Part shown: positions 17,586 through 25,371 of the stretch, piece by piece
Layout of the letters: every line of letters begins with the position of its first letter
Position numbering within the stretch: position 1 is the stretch's first letter
Position numbers and translations under genes: made by a program
Notes under the pieces: generated by a model
The model's database searches: none
Seen by the model: only the letters and a program-made list of their open reading frames with translations
What the model was told of the DNA's origin: nothing
DNA from: an uncultured virus (IMG/VR IMGVR_UViG_651053001_000005)
Lineage: Duplodnaviria > Heunggongvirae > Uroviricota > Caudoviricetes
Strand: one strand, 5' to 3'
Virus record (IMG/VR): IMGVR_UViG_651053001_000005
Location: 62,001-87,371 of that record
DNA: 25,371 bases

Positions 17586-18497
17586 TATGTACACCTCCTT
17601 TCCTATAACTCTATTATAACACATTTTTCCTTCGAAGTCATTTTATTTTTACTCTTAAAATGGATTTTTTTAAATTATTTTGGCACTATTATTTATGGGT
17701 GTTTATAAGCTTTATGAGGCGTGTATGTGGATTGGATACCCAATGTACTATGATTCATTTAAAATTGATTCTAGGTGCATTAGAATGCTTCTGATGATGT
17801 GTGGTGAATGGAAACGGATAGAGATGATTAGGTAAGATTAAGGGTGGATGTAATGAGGGGATGAGAAGGAATATTATTAGAGTGAATATAAAATAGGTAT
17901 TCGGATTAAGATAAAAAATTGTATAGATAACACTTCGATTCATTCCCTTTCGTTATACACACGATTATTTTTAATGAATGGGTATTCACTTTTATATTGA
18001 CCACTTAATTATTTTTTCAAAAATAAATATTGTTTTTCATTTGAAATTGTGTTAGTTGTGCAAATTTATCAGCCAAATCATAAAAACCCTACATAACGTA
18101 TCTTATATAGGGAATTCAATACCAATATATAGGGGGTATATTAACATCTAAAGGCCAAAAAACAGGAACAAATGTACCCCTAGCACTTCCATTTCCACAC
18201 CCAACTTATTTTTTCACTTTCCCATTTTTCAGCCTATTTTCACATCGTAATCGCTATCGTAAAAGCCTATAATATCAATGTTTTTCCACCCCTCTTTCTC
18301 CCCTTTTTCATCAGACTTTCAACATATCGACCACTTTTCCTCTCTCCTGCCTACGTTTTACGATCACAAAACACCTATTACCCCTTTGACAGCTCTAAAA
18401 CATTGCTATATCAACTAGATAACCCTTTCCGATCTTCATTTACGATAAGCACTTTTTCAACTCACGATCACCAAGTAGGGTCATTAAAAATCAAAAT

Positions 18498-18523
18498 AAA
18501 AAAGCCACCTTAATAGGCAGCTT
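18498..18523 (-). terminator. Terminator after the tubulin-like gene
   Basis: Minus strand AAGCTGCCT-ATTA-AGGTGGCTT followed by T-run. Confidence 0.7.
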
Positions 18524-18533
18524 CCCTTTAAAA

Positions 18534-19646
18534 TTAGCGCTTTAGTCTCTTCAGTGCCTCCATATACGAGGTCTTTTTCGATTCCTTGTTCTCCAGTTTT
18601 TTCGGTTTAAATAAATCCTCTCTACGGCGATTCTTCGCTTTATAAACAGTTGTTTCTTTAACTTCAGTGTTTCCATTTTCAATTAGATCATCTAACTGCT
18701 TCATCCGTTCATTGATCCAGGTTAACCCGCTAAGAATCGTTATCGCCCTATTACCTTTATCATAATGTCCTTTAAATAAGTCTAGGGGCATCTTGTTCTC
18801 AAAGACATTAAACAGCTCATTATACGATATATGCTCCGTTAAGAACTCATGAACATCTAGGATAACTCCAGCTCTCATCACATTTGTAAACTCAACAGGA
18901 GTAAATATCGAATTGTTCCACGACTTCTGTATATCTTCCTGCAGCTTATCAAAATACTTGCCCTCATTTGTAAATTCATTGAGGTTTGTTTGGGCAATAA
19001 TCATGATTCCTGGTGTATCAAACAGCTGATTTAAATCCTTCCTGTCTAAGGTGCTGATCTTTGATCCTCTGTCCGTGTAATTGAGTAAGACTTCAATTAA
19101 ATTCAGGAACATTTTGTTTGTTTCCTTATATAGTCTGCTCTCAGAAATCTTCCCTTCATGTTTACTCAAAACCATTTGATTATCCAAAGGTAAAACACAT
19201 GTCTCTGGCATAGATAAGTCTTCAAGTAGCTCCAGTGAATTCATCTGGTTGACCAATACCTCATTGTTGTCAGGAAGGATTGGTACAGCAACTATTGTTT
19301 TATGTGTAAGACATTCGTTTAACAATTCTAATAATATAGGGGCTACCCCTGAACCGGTTCCACCAGCAGCAGAGAAAACTACGAAAATAACTTGTACTGA
19401 AGGCTTTTCCATTGTGTTCTTTATGAACTCAATAGAGGACTCCCAGTTATTTTTCATATGTTTCGCTGCTACGCTTCTGTCTTTACCCACTCCTTCTGTC
19501 CCAACCAAATGAAGCTTATCTTGAATATTGACCAATGAATTAAGGTCTGAAAGTGAATAATTTATTGCGACAGAATGAAATCCCCTCTTCATTGCTTCAT
19601 CTGCTATACTTCCACCGGCCTGACCTACTCCAATAAATCCAAACAT
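18534..19646 (-). CDS. Tubulin/FtsZ-family GTPase (TubZ/PhuZ-like), 370 aa
   Basis: GVGQAGGSI, GVGKDR, signature SAAGGTGSG, PLDN, T7-loop-like LDRKDL; basic C-terminal tail. Confidence 0.9.
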   Translation of the reverse strand: MFGFIGVGQAGGSIADEAMKRGFHSVAINYSLSDLNSLVNIQDKLHLVGTEGVGKDRSVAAKHMKNNWESSIEFIKNTMEKPSVQVIFVVFSAAGGTGSGVAPILLELLNECLTHKTIVAVPILPDNNEVLVNQMNSLELLEDLSMPETCVLPLDNQMVLSKHEGKISESRLYKETNKMFLNLIEVLLNYTDRGSKISTLDRKDLNQLFDTPGIMIIAQTNLNEFTNEGKYFDKLQEDIQKSWNNSIFTPVEFTNVMRAGVILDVHEFLTEHISYNELFNVFENKMPLDLFKGHYDKGNRAITILSGLTWINERMKQLDDLIENGNTEVKETTVYKAKNRRREDLFKPKKLENKESKKTSYMEALKRLKR

Positions 19647-19930
19647 TAAACCCTCTCCCCTTCTAACTGATATCTCAAAGCTTCTTGTCCAAATTGAGTA
19701 ATAAAAACTGTATGCTCTTTAGTGTTTTTAACTATATTAATAAACTGCAAGGCCTCTAGACGATCGATGCTCTTTCTAAAGGTAGCATCAGTCAACTGAG
19801 TTTTTTCTTGAATGGTTTTCTTTCTAATTGATTTAAACTTTAAATCTGCCCCTTCATCGCTCAATAAGCCTAGAATATACAAATCATTTCGAGTTAAATT
19901 ATCAATGACTGAATCAAAATAAGTATCCAT
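19646..19930 (-). CDS. Winged-helix DNA-binding protein (TubR-like adaptor), 94 aa
   Basis: Start ATG 19930 (RBS AAGGAGGGG); TQLTDATFRKSIDRLEALQFI...ITQFG wHTH; TAATG stop/start overlap with the tubulin gene. Confidence 0.75.
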   Translation of the reverse strand: MDTYFDSVIDNLTRNDLYILGLLSDEGADLKFKSIRKKTIQEKTQLTDATFRKSIDRLEALQFINIVKNTKEHTVFITQFGQEALRYQLEGERV

Positions 19931-19995
19931 GTAACCCCTCCTTAATATCTGATGATTTTGAAGTATCTTGGTTGATATACGATTATTATATTGTT

Positions 19996-20039
19996 TATTT
20001 GTATTTAAATGCAAATATTTTTGTATCTTAATGCAAATA
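19996..20039. repeat. Two 20-bp quasi-palindromic repeats at 22-bp period
   Basis: TTTGTATTTAAATGCAAATA (19998) and TTTGTATCTTAATGCAAATA (20020). Confidence 0.7.
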
Positions 20040-20108
20040 ATTACACTCTGCTTGTATGTAAACCAGTGATTTTATAAAATTTATTCAAACAGCAAAAGGA
20101 TGATTTAA

Positions 20109-20345
20109 ATGGAATATAGGGTTAAAAGTAAGTTGGATTCATTTCTAAGCAGCAAAGGTATCGAAAAAGGCTGGTTAGCAGAGCAAATAAAAGCTGAAAG
20201 AGCAAGTATATCTAGATGGTGTAAAAATGACAGCGAGGGATTTGCAACCGTCCTCCCTAGTACATACAATCTTTTATTAATGGCACATATTCTAAATTGT
20301 AAAGTTGACGATCTTTTTGAATTAATCGAAATTAAATCCAATTAA
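20109..20345 (+). CDS. XRE/Cro-type HTH regulator, 78 aa
   Basis: KGWLAEQIKAERASISRWC...PSTYNLLLMAHILNCKVDDLF; RBS AAAGGA. Confidence 0.85.
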   Translation: MEYRVKSKLDSFLSSKGIEKGWLAEQIKAERASISRWCKNDSEGFATVLPSTYNLLLMAHILNCKVDDLFELIEIKSN

Positions 20346-20360
20346 CTTTGGATTTTTATG

Positions 20361-20389
20361 TTTACAAGAGTAAAAATAAAATATATAAT
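20361..20389 (+). promoter_or_regulatory. sigmaA promoter of yonP-yonO with the 16-bp motif filling the spacer
   Basis: TTTACA-AGAGTAAAAATAAAATA-TATAAT. Confidence 0.8.
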
Positions 20390-20464
20390 AAAGACACAAC
20401 CACGTGAAGTGGTCTTTATTTTAATCATTTTAAGAGTAAAAATAAAATAGTATGGAGGTGTAAG

Positions 20465-20644
20465 ATGAAAAAGCAGTATTTATTTAGTCATTTAATGGGG
20501 TTTATTGAGGGAAAAGTAGTCGATGGGACAGCAACACCCGAAGAAGAATACCTTTATCAGGATTACAAATGGTACGGAAAGATTAATAAGCAAAGCTTTA
20601 CATATCGAAGTTTAGTAAATCAATATCTTAATAGCGAATATTAA
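20465..20644 (+). CDS. yonP: YonP-like small protein, 59 aa
   Basis: RBS GGAGGTG; MKKQYLFSHLMGFIEGKVVDGTATPEEEYLYQDYKWYGKINKQSFTYRSLVNQYLNSEY; directly upstream of yonO. Confidence 0.7.
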   Translation: MKKQYLFSHLMGFIEGKVVDGTATPEEEYLYQDYKWYGKINKQSFTYRSLVNQYLNSEY

Positions 20645-20684
20645 GCACTTTCAGAGTAAAAATAAAATAAACGGAGGGGATTGA

Positions 20685-23535
20685 TTGAAAAGAAAAAAAG
20701 ACGGATTGTCTAAGCAAGTTCACATTTACAGTGTGGATACATCAGCATTTTATAATGACAAAGAAAATTTATTACATAATAAGATTTTAAAGTCTTATAG
20801 ATACAGAGATTATCTTAAGACATTAGACAATGTACATAATAAACATAAGAAATACATTTCACAAAGAATTACATACCTTAAAGAATGTCTCTATTCTGCA
20901 TTCGAAGAACATAATGACATAAGAACACTTCGAACTGACAGCTTAAGGGACAATAAAGTGATTTCTTTATTTGATTCAGTGTTGACCCGAACATTAGGGA
21001 TTAAAGAAAATACCCTTTCAGAGGAAATCATGGTTGTCCAGACTTATCATTTTGAAGTATTGAAGGACATTATTGATCAAGGATTTTTACATAACAATGA
21101 AAAATACGTTTATTTCACAAGCAGCGCCGGTCAAATTCGTACAAAGAAGTCATGTTTCATTAAAAAAAGCACCTACGATAAGTATCAGGATGCTTTGACA
21201 TGCGGCTTAAGTATTGAAAAGATCAACTCCCTTGGTGGTAGCAGCATTAACAAATGGAATAGCTACATGGCCTTATCTAACAGCGCCAGTAGCCCTTGGG
21301 AGATTGATATTGATAAAGCTATTGTAGTCAACGACTTAGAAACCGATGTGTCGAGTCTCGTTGACTACATTGATCGAGAATACGAGATCACTCGAAAAAC
21401 AATGAACATTCCCATTGAGCATACAGATGGCTGCGGAATGATACTCCCCACTCTAAGTCATAAAAGCTTCATGGTAAGGCTCCCGTGGGTAAAGGGTTTA
21501 TTAGTCCCTTTTGATTTTCGTAAATTTGCTGAGGAAAACAAAGCTTTTAAAGTAACTGATATATACGGCAAGGAATGGGACATAGTGAAAGATGATGTTC
21601 AAATTATCTTCACTAAAAGTCAGTTTAAAATGTGGAAGTATTATTCATCGTGGGAAGAATATCAATTCAATTATAAAAAATATGGATGCTTAGGGGCAAA
21701 ACTCAACGAAGAAGATCCTTCTGTTGAAGGCAAGCTCACTTATCAAATGCTCCAGACACTTACAGATATCTCTGATGAAGAATTAATTCAAATGAGCTCA
21801 AAGACTGTAAAAGAAATAACCACATTGGGCACTGATAAAGAGACCATGTTAAGAGTTCTTGGAGCTACGGAGAAAAAGAAACATCGGACAGCTCTTCAGG
21901 ACGCTTTACTTCTATATCCAGAACTTCTTAACGATGATCACACGAAAGAAATTATTAAAAATAAAAAGAAAAGCATGATCAAAGATGCCAAATCAGGAAA
22001 ATTGCTTGTGGATGGAGCTCGTTATACATACTTATGCCCTGATCTATATGCTTTCTGCGAAAAATTATTTCTGAACATCCAGAATCCAAAAGGACTGCTT
22101 TCAGGAAGTGAAGTCCATTGTTCTTTATATGATGAAGGGTATATTGATATCCTCCGCTCCCCTCACTTATATAGAGAGCATGGTGTTAGGTGGAACAAAA
22201 AAGATGAGAAATATGAAAAGTGGTTCATTACCCCAGGTGTTTACACCAGCATTCATGATCCAATATCTAAACTGCTGCAGTTCGACAATGACGGGGATAA
22301 GGCCTTAATTATTCCTGATGAGTTAATCGTCAATATTGCCAAGCGTAATATGGAAAACATCGTTCCGTTGTATTATGAAATGTCTGTAGCCCAGAAACAA
22401 GAGATTAATAGCAAGAACATCTATGAAGCACTAACTCTTGCTTATGGGATCAATATCGGGGAGTACAGCAACAACATCACTAAGATATGGAACAGTGACA
22501 ACATAAACCTGGACGTGATCAAATGGTTATGTATGGAAAATAACTTTACTATCGATTAAATTTTTAGTCGCGTCGCATAGCGATATGCGGATGAAAAGTC
22601 AGTGAACCTAGAAATCTAGGGTGTGCATTCAGCGAAAAGTAGCGATAGGAAATGATCGTCAATGAGTGTGCTAACAGGGGAATTCTAAGTCCTTATCGAT
22701 ACGATAACCCTGTGCCAAGCGTTTACATCATGCTGGGAAGCACTTGTAAATGAAGGTGCAACGACCATCCTTTATGGAGTAATAATAAGGTGAAATTCCT
22801 TATTATGAAGCGCTGACTATCTGTCTAGCACAGATGATGATATGGTCTATTCCCTAATAAAATATCGGGAAACCGAGGGTATCAAAGTTCGCAAAAACCT
22901 TATTCATGCCTACCCGACCTGATCATGTCGATGAAAAAATCAAAGACTACATAAAAAATAAAGTACCCCACTTCTTCATCAATGCAAAGGATAAAGAAGA
23001 ACATAGCGTTGAGTTAATTAATGAAAGCACAGTAAACAAGTTAGACTCCATTATCCCCTCTGACCGAATTAATTTTGCAGCTGTTGCAGGGAAGTTCGAT
23101 TATCGCTTCCTGCTCAAGAACAAAGAGATTAAGTTGGACGAGGCAATTATTAGTGAGTACAAACGATTAGACCAAAACAAGAAATGGCTCATGAATGATG
23201 AAGACATTAAGCCTGGACAAAAACTTTATGTTTATAAGGTTATCAAAGACAGATTGCTGAAGATACATGAAGACGAACAATATGTTGCTGATGTTCTGAT
23301 TAAGTATCTGTATAAAAAGAAGAGTAAGTTCAAATCGACACTGTGGGAATGTTTCGGTGCTTGTATATTAAATAATCTAACACACAACCTGAAAACACTA
23401 AGAGTTTGCAGTGATTGTAAAACGCTATTTAGGGCTAAAACAAGCAAGAAACTTTTCTGTGGGAAATGTACAGTTAAGAGGAATAAACAAAAAACAAAGG
23501 AACGTGTCATTCGATTTAGAAATCAAAATGTGTAA
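20685..23535 (+). CDS. yonO: Single-subunit two-barrel DNA-dependent RNA polymerase YonO; join(20685..22556,22888..23535), 839 aa after splicing
   Basis: TDGCG, LRSPH and catalytic FDNDGD motifs; exons join in frame as [19 protein letters not shown]-terminal CxxC...CxxC. Confidence 0.93.
22557..22887 (+). ncRNA. Group I self-splicing intron (331 nt, no homing endonuclease) in yonO
   Basis: Exon ends in U, intron ends in G. P1 CGAU/UA pairs with UAGUCG, giving a U-G pair at the splice site. AGTCAGTG/CGCTGACT (P3), ACAGGG/CCCTGT, P7 GACCA/TGGTC within ATGATATGGTCT, P8 ATCTGT/ACAGAT, P9 CGG-GAAA-CCG. Confidence 0.93.
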
Positions 23536-23795
23536 CGGTAATAAAAGTACCATGAGCCTTACTCCCACAAGGGGTACAGCGATTTTACCGAAAAAAGTAT
23601 AACAAAAAAAGTGCCTTGAACCCTTGATACGACTGGTCTGAAAGCCCCTTTTGAGATAATCGCCATAAGGGAGAAAGAAAGCTAATTTCCACATATAAGG
23701 GTGAGTACGTCTCCCATTTTTCAAAAAAAGCACAAACGTTACCGTAATTATACTTTAACACAAAAATAAACAAAATCACTAGGAGGAATTAAAAC

Positions 23796-24071
23796 ATGAA
23801 CAAAATAGAATTTGTTGGAGCAGTTGCAAACGAATTAGGAGTTACTAAGAAAGAAGCCACGCCTAATGTAGAGGGAGTGTTTAAAGTGCTTTCAGAAACA
23901 TTGGCAAAAGGTGAATCAATCAAGATTCCTGGAGTTGGAACATTTGAAGTTCGTGAACGTGCAGCTCGTAAAGGGAGAAATATTCAAACTGGTGAGGAAA
24001 TCGAAATCCCTGCTTCAAAAGTAGTGAAATTTAAGCCTGCTAAAGCACTAAAAGACGCAGTAAAAGCTTAA
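23796..24071 (+). CDS. yonN: Histone-like DNA-binding protein HU (SPbeta YonN/HupN)
   Basis: GESIKIPGVGTFEVRERAARKGRNIQTGEEIEIPASKVVKFKPAKALKDAV; RBS AGGAGG. Confidence 0.95.
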   Translation: MNKIEFVGAVANELGVTKKEATPNVEGVFKVLSETLAKGESIKIPGVGTFEVRERAARKGRNIQTGEEIEIPASKVVKFKPAKALKDAVKA

Positions 24072-24079
24072 TAAAATTA

Positions 24080-25292
24080 ATGAGGACGACAGGAAAGGCT
24101 TCCTGCACGCTTTGTCATGTCACATAGAGCTTATGCTCCTAAAAGTGGCAGAGTTAGATGTTATGGAGGAAATTGTCGCCCTCCCCTCTTTTTACATGTG
24201 TTCATCTCCTGGTTTATTAATTAGAGTTCTTTTATTGATGGCATGGGGGTGTCGTCGATAATAAGCTGTTTACTGATATGTGGGATATCAGTTCTCCGCT
24301 AATACTCATTTGTTTGAGGACTTGGAATGCCAGGGTTTCGGATAAGTGGATATTAACGGGGTATTGCCCTTGCGTGGAAGAAGCTTTTTCTAAACATGTC
24401 TATTCTCACTTTCAAACGAACAAAAGCATTAAGTTCGACTTCAAAACTACAACTGGTCATTGTGGTTAGTCGGATAATGGTCATTTATGAGGGTGCGAGG
24501 TTAACTCGGATGTCTGTATCTTAAGGAGATAGGTAAATGGCTATTATCGGGCTAAACATGTCGGTAAGACCTTTGCTACTCAAGCTGTTTATGTAGGGTG
24601 AATCCCATCACAGTCTTACTATGGGTGACATGTAGCCTGAATAATAATTGCGGTGCACTGCTTCGGCTTGCACTTAGGGAAGGGTAGATGCGTCTCCCTT
24701 CCCTTTAAATAATGCCCTTGTAAGCTTTGATGCTTATTATGCGGTCAACAAAATTTTTCCGGGTTAGCGAGGCTTTGTAATTACATACCCTCGTAAAATA
24801 AGTGATATGGTTTTGGGCGCTTGATCACCGCTCTCATTTCACAGAAAAGGATTATTTTCGGTCTTGCCTTTTCATTTTCACTTAGGAACATATTCACTAT
24901 TTATTCGCTACTTCTCCTTCAATGTTCTGAATGGAGACTTACCTTTCCCATGCACATACCTCCTTACACGGGTCAGAGAAAACTGTGCAAAATAAATGGC
25001 GAGCGTTTGAGACGCTTTGTTTCTCAATAAGGCGTGTAACCTGACAAGAGAGACTGAAAATGCCATTGAGAAGGCTTATAATGGGTCTTTCCTTCTCGTA
25101 ATTTGTTTTAGAATTCATTAAACGAGAGTAGCTGTTTAATCCCGCGTGGGTGACATAAAAGATACCTCGATACGTCAAGCTTTGGGATTCCATCCAAAGT
25201 CAGTTTACTATAATAATTATTTCAACTCATAAGTTTATTGAAAAGCGCAAAAAAGGTTTTCCTGGTCGCGACTCCAGAAAAACCTTTTTTGT
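24080..25292 (+). ncRNA. Putative long structured non-coding RNA region (one or several RNAs)
   Basis: No credible ORFs; successive stems that need G-U pairs on the plus strand (e.g. 24232-24261, 24466-24555); C(UUCG)G loop; ends at a terminator-like hairpin. Confidence 0.55.
25247..25292. terminator. Long, possibly bidirectional terminator hairpin
   Basis: CAAAAAAGGTTTTCCTGG...CCAGAAAAACCTTTTTTG. Confidence 0.7.
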
Positions 25293-25371
25293 TACAGCAT
25301 GCTGTTTTCTATCCTTGTTAATTTCACTATACAATTTTGTTGTCTAAATGTCAACCACGAAGGAATTTGGC

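Noticed and set aside
17755..17943. 62-aa minus-strand ORF as a second hydrophobic toxin
   Set aside because: Composition is explained by the local G/A skew; weak support for translation.
18534..19646. Chromosomal cell-division ftsZ
   Set aside because: No dcw-cluster context, divergent motifs, no FtsZ C-terminal core peptide, and coupled to a wHTH gene.
20685..23535. yonO as a pseudogene or two separate genes (624 aa and 209 aa)
   Set aside because: The gap has group I intron hallmarks and precise removal restores one frame.
24278..25193. Short ORFs of 63, 69 and 84 aa, or tRNA genes, in the right-hand region
   Set aside because: No convincing RBS or protein-like composition; no cloverleaf with a T-loop found by eye.
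1..25371. CRISPR array or IS element
   Set aside because: No regularly spaced repeat-spacer units and no transposase seen.

Overview
A 25.4-kb internal segment of an SPbeta/phi3T-like (Spbetavirus-type) temperate phage or prophage of the Bacillus subtilis group. It runs from the arbitrium receptor aimR (cut by the left edge), through the variable yop region, yonV, the yonT/SR6 toxin-antitoxin locus, yonP, the single-subunit RNA polymerase yonO and the HU gene yonN, into a long ORF-free region. Almost everything left of ~20,000 is on the minus strand; yonP-yonO-yonN are on the plus strand. Accessory cargo: an ApeA-like HEPN gene, a transglutaminase-fold protein, an acyltransferase-3 gene, a degenerate RNase H-fold gene, an antirepressor-like cluster with a UvrD/PcrA helicase, and a wHTH + tubulin/FtsZ (TubR/TubZ-like) pair. 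Main observations: (1) a 331-nt ORF-less group I intron splitting yonO; (2) a TubZRC-like module in a normally integrating phage; (3) ~1.2 kb of densely structured, G-U-rich putative ncRNA after the HU gene; (4) an 18-bp motif at accessory gene boundaries that suggests cassette shuffling; (5) seven copies of a 16-bp promoter-associated operator. The supplied ORF track labels 15565..16782 as plus strand, but the sequence shows it on the minus strand. The track also misses aimR, yopG, yonP and a 56-aa ORF. Gene names rest on recalled similarity and synteny; no database search was run.
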